The notes beneath the pieces were generated by a model. It searched no databases. It had not been told where the DNA came from and saw nothing but the letters and a program-made list of their open reading frames with translations. A DNA stretch of 64,000 bases from Utricularia gibba. Its lineage: Eukaryota; Plantae; Magnoliophyta. A program made the translations under genes and the position numbers. The stretch lies in the NCBI GenBank assembly GCA_002189035.1, contig CM007991.1, positions 2,976,001 to 3,040,000 of the forward strand. The letters run 5' to 3'. Positions 24,902 to 36,854 of the stretch are shown here, in pieces (within the stretch, counting starts at the first letter, position 1; every line of letters begins with the position of its first letter).

Positions 24902-26237
24902 ATGCCTGAGCGCGTTTACGAAGCCTGGAGGGGAACAATGTGAGGCGTTTTTCATCTTGATTTCTGGGTTCTGTTCCCAAGTAATTTGCTGGTGGTCGTG
25001 GTAAAGTACTGTGGCTAATTTGTGACATTTACAGGTGTTTTTGTTTCATGGGAGGTGGATTTTGGGCAGTAATGTAAGAATCTTGCCGGTTACGTTGCTG
25101 CTCATCCTCCTCCCTGTAGTCATCTTCTGTGTCTTCGTTGCTGTTCATCTTCAGCATGAGTTTTCTCCCTATTACGCAGGCTATGCCTTTCTGGTAGTGC
25201 CTATTGTCCTTGCTCTCCTGGTTAGCTTCCCTCCCTCCTTCAAAACAAGCATATACCTCTCTCCTGGGGATGCAATCAACCTTCTTAGCTGCTGGCATTC
25301 GGTAGGTATCGGCATCGTTTCTTCGTGTTTCGATCGGAGATCCTGGGATTCTACCGCGAAATCCAAACCCACCTGACGGAGAATCCAGTCATGGTTCAAT
25401 AGTGGATAATGTAGGCCATCGGCGACGGAGGAGGAAACGGATACGAGTGATGGTAGATGGCACCGTAGCTGAATTCAAATACTGCGAGACGTGTATGATA
25501 TATCGGCCGCCTCGCGCCTCCCACTGCTCCGTTTGCAACAACTGCGTCGAGCGTTTCGATCATCACTGCCCATGGCTGGGCCAATGCATAGGACTGGTAA
25601 GCATGGTTTACACTTGTTTCCTTTCTGATGACTGTCTGTTGAAAAAGCAAGCTGTTGGATCCGACGCAGCGAAACTACCGTCACTACTTCTGCTTCATCG
25701 CCTCGACCGCTCTTCTCTGCGGCTACATCTGTGGGGTATCTGCATTCAACATCAAGGTTCTGGTTGATCATAACCATCGCATCGCGGGGAGGGCATTGAA
25801 GGAGTTTCTTGCCTCCGTGTGTCTGACAGTGTACTGCTTCTTTGGCGTTTTGTTTCTGGGTGCACTCACTGCTTTCCATCTCTATCTTATAGCCACCAAC
25901 CAGGTCAGCTTCCATTTCCTTCGACACGAAAAGCCTCAAACGAGAAATTCTCATCTCCCTGCGCTTGCAGACCACAAGCGAGAACTACAAATCCCAGGAA
26001 AGGAGGAATCCCCATGACCAGGGCTGTTCAAGAAACTTCTATGAAGTCTTCTGCACCAAGGTGAAGCCCTCAGAGCACCAGTTCAGAGCCTTCGTTCCCG
26101 AGAGACGGGAGCCACCTGTTGCTTCAGCCGACGATCGCGTTGTCGGGGTGGAAAGCCATTTTATCGGAGAAGATACTGGTAGAAGTCGCAGTTGTGGACG
26201 CAGTAACCGTCACTCGAACGACGCGAGTCAAGTGTAG
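24902..26237 (+). CDS. DHHC protein S-acyltransferase (apparent 1-nt frameshift near 24931)
   Basis: Exons 24902-24939, 25035-25220, 25306-25596, 25670-25903, 25971-26237. [52 protein letters not shown]. Confidence 0.88.
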
Positions 26238-26814
26238 GCCCCGATGGGCCCCATTTTGTCACAGTCCCACGCACTCAAACTTTCCCGCCTCCAATTATAT
26301 TTTATTAAAGAATTTTAATACAACCTTGGGTGAATGATATTATTTATTTAGAGTATTCAACTTTCATGATTTTATCATGCATTATTTGTATAATATTATT
26401 TATTTTGAATATTTAATTTTTATAATTTATAATTTTTTCATTTTAAAAAAAATAATTAGAAAAATTCTTCTATTTAAGTGATGCTTGTCAACAACATAGA
26501 AGATGAAAACGGGGCCCACACGACTTAGATAGGAATAATTAATTGCTACACACGAAACTGGGTCGGTAATAATGACGACTGGGTTTTCTCACCAATTTGG
26601 GCCATTAAGAGGCCCATTAAGGTCACATCAGCCTGCCTACGCTGAACCGAATGCTGCTTGTGCTGATGATCATCAGGCAAATTGCAAATGCTGCTGCTGC
26701 TCTCAAATTCGTCCCTGGGATGATGCATTGTCAAGTTCCGGGTTGTTAGAATGTAAAGCATACGGGAAGGAGCAGTAGCAGCTGAATCCAAACCTGTGTC
26801 GATCGGATAGGGAT

Positions 26815-29034
26815 CTACGAAACATCAGCGACGAACAGATTTCCGGAATCACACCATCCAGCCAGAAGATCTCTACTGGAACACTGGTGGATGGAACAAC
26901 AGGGGCATTAGATCCATCACGCACGATAAGCGATCCCAGATGGGTAATCAAATCACCAACCAACCTTGCTAAATCCAAGCCAATTTGAATCCCCTCTGAA
27001 CGAGAACGCCTTCTTGCTTTCTGTCCAATCTCCACAGAGGACCTGCAAGTGAATCCCACCCCAGTGTGGCATTTTCTTGATGAGTTACTGTGTGTCTTGC
27101 AGACTGGCATTTTCTAAACAGACAAGGAGAGGGCTTGCCTCATAGTCAACTCCTTGGACATAGATGTACTTGGGATTAACAGACGAAAACGCGAGTGCAG
27201 TTATCTGGGATGCCATTTACAGAATGGACATGGTATGGAGGATGGTGATTGCATTCTTAAAAAGGGTAAGCCCCTGCAATCTACAGCTAATGCACTGACC
27301 TCGTACTTTGAGCAGTTCACCCATCTAGACAAAACTGTCCATCTGCTCTTGAAGCATTAAGACAGGGATAAGGAGATTCTGTAGCGGTTGTAGAATGGTA
27401 AAGAAGGATTGAACTCTATTAGCTTTGCTAACCTGCGTGGATCATAGATCGTGACAGACCTGTCAGCCCCTCCCACAGCAATGTAACCAGATGAGGATAC
27501 GCTGACTGAATATAACGTGTTTCCAATGGATGCCGAAACTCTCTGCACGCATCCACCATTTCCCTTCATGCCTATGTCCCATATGCTCAACTGCAATAGT
27601 GTGGCAGAAATCGAAATCCTTTCAGTTAGTTCTGCACAAGGATAAGTTCATTACACTTCTTCTGTGGTAGACAACTCTTTTCACTAATGTGATTTAGTTA
27701 GAATACAGCAGTTTTTACAATGACGAACCAAGAAGATGCACCTGAGAACCTTCAGCAATGGCTAACAATGAGCTTTGACCCTGGAATGATTGGTCCAAAA
27801 AAGCTACCGACTTTGGGTTCCATAGCCTGCATTGCAGCTTGCAGGGTCATTGAATATATAAATAAACTCAGCCAGATTCACATGAGGATAGCAAAGGAGA
27901 ATAGACACGTATTAAGAGTGCGTAGATGGATATCCTGGTTGTAAATATCAACGCTCCTGCATAAACTGCGTGCAACAGCTACCTGAATCGAAGACATGAT
28001 AGGGGAACGTGTATGAGATCTCAAATACCAAACCAAAAAAAGGAAGGTTCAGACAAAGAGTTCATATACCACAAACATTTCACTTGGATTAAAAGAAAGG
28101 CCAGCCCAAGTGCCTTCTCCTATGCCAGCATCGACAGGAGATGCTGAATATGTAACCCCTTCTACATCTAAAAAAGCAACAGAACACACATCACCATACC
28201 AAAAAACTCAAGGAAGGGAAGGGGATAACATAATGCGGATTAATCACACCTCCAGTGCTATCATTCAGTTTAGAAACGATCAGTTGGCCATATGCATCTA
28301 CACTCCCTATGACAGTGGTGTCTGAATGTGAGACCCATAATTAGTCCGAAGGAGCATCCACCATGGAGATGAGAATACGTATGAAAAATGATCTACACTG
28401 ATCACCTTCAGTGCCAGAAAGGCCTATACTTTGGATTTCCAATCGATGAGGGCCATGGTTAAGAGACGACGACCCCAACACCTATTTCAACATTTTTTGC
28501 TAAGCTTATAAATCACTAGATGAAAACTCCCAGTCGAGAAGATTAGTACCTGAGTTAGTTCAGGAATAAGGAGGCTTTCTTTCCCTCTCCCAACAAGTAA
28601 ATCCTCCAGGGAAATCTGGAACATTTAGAAGAGTCCATAAGATTCCAAAACAGTAATGACTATCAGATTATCCTACGCCGGTTTATTGGCTATTTCCCCA
28701 TCGCCCCCAACATTGTAAATAAGAAGGGAAAAAAGAGGCTCGAAAAATAATCAGTCAGTTCTTGCGCCGCATACATGGAGTTTGTAAACGCAGGTGCCCG
28801 AGGCGAGGTAAACCCAGCAAGAGGAAGAGATCCCATTTGCCTGCGCAAACAAAACAACCAAGGGACTGCAAAATACGTACTTGCGTGTGAAACGGTAAAT
28901 GATGAACAACGTACATGGACGGCGAGACGGGATGACTGGAGATTGCCCGGAGAAGGGTGCGGTATGAGAGATTCAGGAACTGCTGCCTTGATCAACTTCT
29001 TTGCCTCTGGAATCTTCCCGGAGTTGGAACTCAT
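26815..29034 (-). CDS. Conserved plant WD40-repeat protein of unknown function
   Basis: MSSNSGKIPEAK...PSPGNLQSSRLAVH / SCWVYLASG / GKESLLIPE / AVGGADRSVTIYDPR / RWVNCSKYE / YIYVQGVDYE / FSFRGDSNWLGFSK / LLAGWCDSGNLFVADVS*. Confidence 0.8.
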
Positions 29035-29297
29035 GGTACCCTTTTCTGGCTTGTGGGCTTCGGCTCTCTAGACGCGGTTTCTTCGAGGGTTGTCGTTGCG
29101 GTGATGATATAAAAGCTTTGCATTTATTAGATTGTCAGAAAGTTGGAAACTGTTTTCAGCCAAAGTTCGTCTCTTGATGATACGAAACTGAAAATAATGT
29201 CTCTGAATCAAACAAAAGAAAGATGAAGTATACTTGAAACGTCAAAACTCCACCCCTCTCACAATTTACAGTTGCAGTGGCATCTCTTCTTCGGGAA

Positions 29298-30528
29298 TCA
29301 GTTCCTCTGGTCGAGTGATGATGAAACAGAGAGAGGTGGCTGGTCATCTCCAGATTGTTTTCTCTCCAGGTAATGATTCATAATTGTGCGACGAGCGGTT
29401 TCGAATGCGAAGTATCCAATGGCTGAAAAGCAAGCACTGTAAAACACGCGAGGTCCCATTCCGCGAGTGAGTCCAATCCACCCTTCTTCTCTGAGTATCC
29501 GCTCTGCCATTCTCGACACGCCGCTGACACTTGCAGCAGTGATCTTATTCATGCTCTCCCCCGAGCTTGAGTCATCAGCCTTGTTTTCACCACATCCAAC
29601 GGAGTTGTTAAAGAAGCAGATATTGCTCCGGCCAATGCCCCGCAGAGAACGCTCTGCAATGGCTCCAAATGCGTTCTTTGTGTCTCACGTAACACTGCAG
29701 CTTTCAGGTACTCGAAAGAAGAATAATTTAATACACCAGCAGGTAAGTTCCTAAGCAACGTAGCACTATATCCAGCATACAGTCCCAAATTCCATCTTTC
29801 TCCAATATCCGGAACAAAACCTCCCAAGCCCTACCCTTCGCACCGGTTTGCATTCTCTGGGTGATCAGTTCCTTAGGCACCATGATTGCCGAGGAGACAA
29901 TATTCCCCATTGCACCAGCAGTTGGAGGAATCAACAGCGAAGGGAACTGCGCAATCCTGGAAAGAAACGACTTGCCAAATTCACATGTACCGAAGTACAC
30001 CGCGGATGAAAATGTAGACCCGACAATCACAGCAGAGACGCCGCTATAGAAGCCAAGGATTCCCTTGCTTTGGAATGTCTTGACAACCACATCAAAGGCG
30101 CTATTATAGACCTCGGATGCCCCTTTTGCCTGGAGTTTGGTCTTGACTGTATCAAGCGGATGAAGGCAAACGTAAGTAAAAGCGCCAGCAATGCCGCCTG
30201 CTCCAGCACCAACAAGCGCTCTTTCTAGCACAGACAGATCCTTGAATAAAGACTTCACTGTAGTTGAATCCTTGGGCGCTGCTTTCAACCATCCAGGGAA
30301 CCTGAAATTTACTGGGCTTTTCACATGTTCCTCACTGGAAATTGTCGTCGACAAAAAACGGTGTCTGGATCCAGTATTCCTAGCGAATCTCTTGATCGGC
30401 TCGGTTTTTGAATGTTTTCGGCTGGAAACAAGAGCGACGTTCAGCTGGTTGAAGAACGCATGGAATTCCGTACACGTACGGGAGTTTACGGGAAAGAGGA
30501 GTAGGGGTTTCAAATCCGGTGCCTCCAT
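29298..30528 (-). CDS. MFL1: Mitoferrin-like 1 chloroplast carrier, intronless (apparent 1-nt frameshifts near 29788 and 29560)
   Basis: Three carrier repeats with PxDxxK/PxExxxxR signatures (LHPLDTVKTKLQ, MVPKELITQRMQ, TTPLDVVKTRLM) spread over three abutting ORFs. Confidence 0.9.
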
Positions 30529-31032
30529 TGTATCCGTATCCGCTCACAGTCACCACCGAGCATCGGGATTTGTGCTCTGTCACGGCGCAACAGCGATGGG
30601 GTTTGATTTGAAGGATGTGAGAAGAAATTCGAAATATAATTTCAAGCCCATAAATTAAGAAAATCTTAGTTTTAACCCCAAACTGAGGGGCGAAAAGGAA
30701 TTAATGGAAAGAATATCCATACAAATCGTATCTGTACACCTGTGAGTGAAAACCACGGGGCTAGGGTTTGGGTCTTTTGGAGGCAAAATTCTCGTTGACG
30801 CTGCTTCCAGTTCTCGCCCTCGAAGGTTAGCAACTTGTTTTTACTTTGTTAGCACTACTGCAAGCATTAGCTCGTGCTCTACAAGGCATCCTCTTAAAGT
30901 TGAACACAACTGTCTCATCTTTTTGTTTTGGGTTTACACTCGTTGCAATTACTCTCATATGTTGCACTCGCAGTTTTTTTATGGGTAGGTTCTTAAATTT
31001 GAGTTGTAGTTTTGTGTGTGTGATGCAGAAGC

Positions 31033-32324
31033 ATGGCCCAACAGGATGAATTTCGCTGCTTTATTGGTAATCTGTCGTGGGCAACATCAGACAGAGGCTT
31101 GAAAGAAGCATTTGAGAAGTTTGGTCATCTTGTGGATGCTAAGGTTGAAAAATCCTTCTAATATCCGTTACCTTTTGTTTTTCTTGCTGTCACTATTCAG
31201 TATTAAATACTCGATTCATGTGTTTTGGACTCCGGAATAAATTTAGACCTTTAATGGAAAAACAGTGACTGCAGTCTTGTTGCTATGTATTACCCTTTGT
31301 AGGCTGGCTCAGTGACTAGGTTGTTTGATGTTTCACTGTCGTAATACTCCCTGAATCATATCCCTTATTCGGTGATGGCACGTTCAAAACCCTTGTATTC
31401 GGTATTTACACAGAAAGCCCTGTAGTCTGGTTTGCTCTTCAGTTTGAAATATTTGGAATGGTAGTTTGTAAGAAGTGGCCATATATTTACGTACACCAGA
31501 TTTGACCTGCCCGAATGAAGTGGGATTTTCTTGAATTGACTGCTGTTTGAAGGTAAAGTGTGACTTTGTGTTCTCTTTCTTCCAAAGGGAATCTAGTGAT
31601 ATGTATTGAACATGCCAATATTGAAGATCATTTGTGCGTTTTGATTGTTATTTGGCTGTTTGAATGAGTATAGCCAGGGACATTGGTTGCTTACTTTTTT
31701 CATAGAGTGCTCTAACAACCAATCGCCAAAACCTTAATTTTCTCTGATTAGGTTGTGCTTGACAAGTTCTCGGGTCGTTCTCGTGGCTTTGGCTTTGTTA
31801 CTTTCGACGAAGAGCAAGCCATGGAAGACGCCATAGAGAAGATGAATGGAATGGATTTGGATGGACGGTCAATTACCGTGGACAAAGCTCAGTCCAACCA
31901 AGGGTCTGGCAGAGACCACGACCGAGATAGAGGGCGGGATCGGGACCAAGATCGTGATAGAGGTAGGAACCATGAGAATGGTGGTGGAGGCCGTGGCTCT
32001 GGCGGAGACTGCTTCAAGTGTGGAAAGCCTGGGCACTTTGCTCGTGAATGCCGATCAGGAGGAGATGAGTCCAGGGGAGGCAGATATGGCGGGAGAGACG
32101 ATAGATATGGAAGTGGAAACCGTTCTGGCCCAGAAAGAAATGGTGATAAGTACGGTGGTCGTAGCAGGGACTCAGGTAATCGTGGTGGATCTGGAAACGA
32201 CACCTATAACAGAGACCGCTCCGGGCCTTATGAGCGCCCCCTCGTTCTTGATCGCATGCCTCTACATGCTTCCCATTTGCTACCTTATTCATCTCAGGGC
32301 TTGTTAAACTGTATAGCATGTTAG
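31033..32324 (+). CDS. RZ1A: Glycine-rich RNA-binding protein RZ-1A (RRM plus CCHC zinc knuckle)
   Basis: Exon 31033-31143 ([14 protein letters not shown]) and exon from 31752 ([24 protein letters not shown]). The true stop may be 32251 if one C is missing from the 32237-32241 run (ERPPRS*). Confidence 0.9.
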
Positions 32325-32623
32325 ATTTCCCACCCCTTTGATTCAGTTACTCTGCCATTGTCATTCAGGATGCTACCCATGTTTTGATCTTCATTTCCAG
32401 GCCTACCATCTGCTGCATAGCACGCATGTAAACAGAAATCCTTCACTGAAAGAATTGGAGAAGAAGGCATGCGCACTGATAAGAGCCAAAAAATTGGGTT
32501 GCCTTGTTTCCCCCTCTACTATGCGAGTAACTGGTATACATACATGGATGGATGCACTCGCCGGAAAAAAAATTTCATCTTCTAGTGTTACCGTGTTGTG
32601 AGGGGCTCGGCTCCTCCACATTT

Positions 32624-35600
32624 TCAGGCCTGCCCGGAAACCGTCGACTTGTCGGAGCCCCTGACGTTGTACTTGTCGTAGACCTTCTCTCGGTTCTCCG
32701 ACCACCACGTCTCTGCTTGGCGTTCCCCGAACCTTCTCCGGCTGGGCATAATCAAGCATTCAACTTGGATGAGGATCCTTTGAGATTCCAGGGATTCAGA
32801 TAATACAGTGAGGAGAATGGAAGTACCTGAAGCGCACACGTTTCAGGTCCGTGGTTCCATCATGGAAGGACACAAGCGTTATATACACGCCGGGTTCGTA
32901 TTGCTCGATCCATTCGGCGGCTTCAACCTGGTTGCCGCCGCCGGTCGGCGGTGCTGCATTTCTGGGTTTCAACCCGGTTTCGCTCTCGTGATGCGAAGAC
33001 GATGAATCATCCAGCGCTTCCCTTGCATTTCCAGCACCATTCGGGTGCCTTGGATTCAAGCCATTTGCCGGTGTGACTGACGCGATGATCCCAGCAGCAG
33101 CATCTGCATGTGGTTCAGATGGACCCTGCTTCCGAGCCGTCCCGGGCTGCGAGCTCGCATTGTCTGCAAGACGCGCAGCGCCATTTGGTTCCAGTCCGTT
33201 GGGGAGATGCATCAGCTTCATGCTTTCAGCATCATACCCACCTGGGCCGGGAGGCAACCTCTCCGCCATGTCTTTAAGCTTTAAAATCAACGGGAAACTC
33301 CATTACATCATATTGCATACAAAAGCAATGCGTGATAAAGTCTCACAGAAGCCCACCTGCGCTGTAAGTGATTTGATCACCTCCTTGGCAGCTTTGCATT
33401 TCGCAGATTCCTCTGCAGCTAACGCCATCGCCTCATGAGCTTTCACTGTGACCTTTTGCAGCTCAGACTCTTGCATATCACACCGGCCTTTGAGACCATC
33501 AACCTAATCATCAATAGGCAGCAGAAGTCGTATCTTGATGGTTCAAAGCAAGGAGAGGAGGAGGAGGAGCTTCGTACCTGAAGCCGTAATTTGTGAACTT
33601 GCTGGCTCAGGAGCTCATTTGTGCTCTTCAAACTATCAGCAATGTTTTTGGAGAAGGAAAGCCCCGTCACTGTAGGCACCGGAGTTGCTGATCGTGGGGG
33701 GCTAAGTTTCCTAGAGAATGGAGACACGGGCCTGGAACTAACATTAGATGGAGCAATAATCATCTTCGGCGCCGCCGTTTTCCGAGCAGTATCAAGAGCG
33801 GTGGCCATGAGAGCATCTTTGAACTGCAGTAGAGAAACTTGAGAAGATCGTCCCAAAGAGAATACATCCGCTTTTTTACCCTGTTTGGCTGCTGCCTTTG
33901 TATCCAGCTGCTTGATCAGATCAAGATTAGATGGTAAAGCTGACGACTTCGTCGACGACACAATCGCCCTGTTTTCACCGGAGGGCCTTGGCACTGAATT
34001 TCTCCGACTCATACCACCAGTAGCCTCAACCACCTTGCTTAGTTTGATGAAACAAGAATCACACACTCTGTAAGGCTTGGAAGGATTAGGAGCCAGTGCA
34101 GCACGGATGGCCTTCCTTGAACTGCAAGAATGGCAGTGCACAAGGCCACAGTTATAGCAGTTGTGCCTCTTCCGGGTGAAGCCAAATGCCTGTTTACAGG
34201 CGAAGCACTGTGACTGCTCAGCACCAGAAACCCATTTATGAAGGCATATAGCTGCTGTGTAACTTGAACCACAAGCGATGAATTTGACATGTCTGTCTTT
34301 CAAAGCTTCAACTGTAGTGGGTGTTTTCCTGTCTTCCACATCTCCATGGCCGAGCCTCCCATTAGCTCCTTTACCCAAGTGTAAACCTCATTTTTCATTG
34401 TCAAGACGACTACATGGTAAGCTCCACAAGCAATTTCTTCGACTGATTCGCTAGCAAGCTTGTCGACGACGGAGCACGGCAGCTTGCCATCAGACTGAGG
34501 ATTACCAAGCTGACCATACACTGGGCTCCCCATTGTAAAAACCAAACCAGATGTAGTCAGCCCGACTGTCAAACTGTGGCCACATCCAACTTTTTGGAAA
34601 TCATAGTCAACAATGGAAGATACACATGTAGGCTTCAGTCTAGGTTCCTTGTCTCCATGTCCGAGACGATTTTTGTCACCATCGCCCCATGTGAACAGCT
34701 TCCCTGAACTATAGCTGGAACCAGAATGTGTGGCGATGACATCAACTACGGCAGCAGTGTGCCACACCCCAGGCTACAGCCAACGTCCTCAGTCCTGAAA
34801 GAGACGCTACTTCCTTTGGAGACAAAACGTTTTCCCGGTTTCCATGCCCCAGAACACCAAAGGTTCCTACTCCGAAAGTGAAGAGTTGGCCAGTTGATGT
34901 TATTAAGGCAGTATGCCAAGGACCACAAGAAACCACAGAGACATGAAGCCCGTCTAGGGGACCAGAAATTCTCTTCGGTATCCAATGACTGACATTAGAA
35001 CCATGTCCCAGGAGCCCAGCATTGTGTGTTCCATCACCCCAGGTGTAGAGTTCACCAGCTCCCGTCACAGCACAAGTGTGGAACTCGCCACATGCAACAA
35101 AATCAACATTGCAAAAACTCAAAGACTCCACAGCGCAAGGCTGAGTCACATCTTTCCCAACTCCATGCCCCAGACGTCCACCAGATTCCTCACCCCAACA
35201 GAAAATCTCACCTTGCCTGGATATAAGAGCAGCATGTCGTACACCACATGCAATAAACTGCACATCCAGAACCACACTGGATTGCAGTGGTTTAGGAAGA
35301 AGCACATCAGCTCTAGTGCTCGTGGAGCTACCACTCTTCTCCAACCCAACCTTCGCACTGTTATCACAAATAACTTCGCCCCAAATATAAATATCCCCCA
35401 ATGTCTCACAATCATCTGGTGCAGAACCATGACTAGAGGTGCTGGGGCACTTGATACGCTAACCCGGAAAGTATCAGAACTAGATCCTTTGACTTGATTA
35501 TTCATTTGATCCAAAGCTACATGTAAACTATCTGGAGAAGTAACAATTTTTGAACTGAAGAAAACCTCAGATGAGCACCTTTCTTCTGTGCCGGTCACTG

Positions 35601-36854
35601 AGCTGTCACTTATGCTACTGGAGTTAAAATCTTTCTTGTCCTGAAACCGCCCAAAGTAAGTCCATAAGAGGCTGAAAACCATCTACATTATGCAACTGAG
35701 ATAAAAAAATAAAACTCTAATGACATTAGTGATAGTAGATGAACCACTATCTCCCGTTTCTATTAAAAAATTCTTCCTTCATTCATGTTGTTAACAAAAA
35801 AGAAAGGTGCTTGGTATTTAAATGGAAACAGAGCCACTTAAATCTTAACGAGTATTAGAGCCATAATGATATTATTAGGAGTAAAGTGCCTCGATCTAAA
35901 TCTCCAAATACATTTGAGCACATAGTTCACCTCAAAACAGAGTCCTCCATCACCCCATCCATCAATCTTTGACCTTCGAGGGTGGGTTGATGATGTCAGT
36001 GACTTAATACCAGCTATCCAGATTTCTGCCTCAAGTCTATCCTTACAAATCTATAGCAATGGAATTAAATAACATCAATAAATTTTAACAAACCAAGAGC
36101 AGTTTGGGGGTTCACGCATACTAGCCTACACACTGACCAGATCAAGGGATCTTTTCCCGTTGCTGTATATGAGAGAAAACGATAAGTGCTCCTTTTCTGG
36201 ACAGAGATAACGCCGGAAAACAGCCTGGAAACAAGTTTCTTAGTTTCCAAAAAATGAATCCACGGAGAGAGGATATTAAAGACAAGGATAGATGGAGAAT
36301 CACAGTTCTTTGTCCCGGGATGATCCTTGAAACTGAAGTCAACTTCAAGGTTCTTTCTCCAGTATTAGAAATCCAAATTAAAGTTTTCTCGTCCTATGAG
36401 TCAATAAAAAATGCTAGAGATAAACCAGAGTTGCAGTAACTAGGAAATGTAAGAGCATCACGCCCAACTGAACAACAAGATAATATGTTAGCCTTACACC
36501 AGAGAGTCTAAATGGACAGACTTTAGGCCTTCCTTTACGCCCGTATTTGAGAAGCTGCGCTCCTTTCTTCAGTGCAATTAAAGCCTGTAAGACGACCAGT
36601 CGACCAGCACAAGGTGAGCTTGGTTTCAAATATAATCTGACACAAAGGGCATCCGGCTGCAGGTCCTTAATTTTAGTCAATAATTGCTCATAATTACCAA
36701 CTCTGAACTAAAACTACAAGAATTAGCTCTAAAGACTGAACCTTTTTTTCTCAACCTTTAAAGTCCTGTTAGATGTTTGCTCATATGAGGGAAGAAGAAA
36801 ACCCACCTGCTCAATGTCACGATCGGCATTATAGTAGCTAACAAGATCTGCCAT
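32624..36854 (-). CDS. PH-RCC1-FYVE-BRX protein (PRAF/RLD family; three apparent frameshifts)
   Basis: [16 protein letters not shown] / [21 protein letters not shown] (PH); RCC1 repeats ([13 protein letters not shown]); [21 protein letters not shown]; [17 protein letters not shown]...[21 protein letters not shown]. Confidence 0.92.

Noticed and set aside
29298-30528. MFL1 as three genes or an intron-containing gene
   Set aside because: The ORFs abut at homopolymer runs with no GT-AG gap; +1 T and +1 G restore a single carrier.
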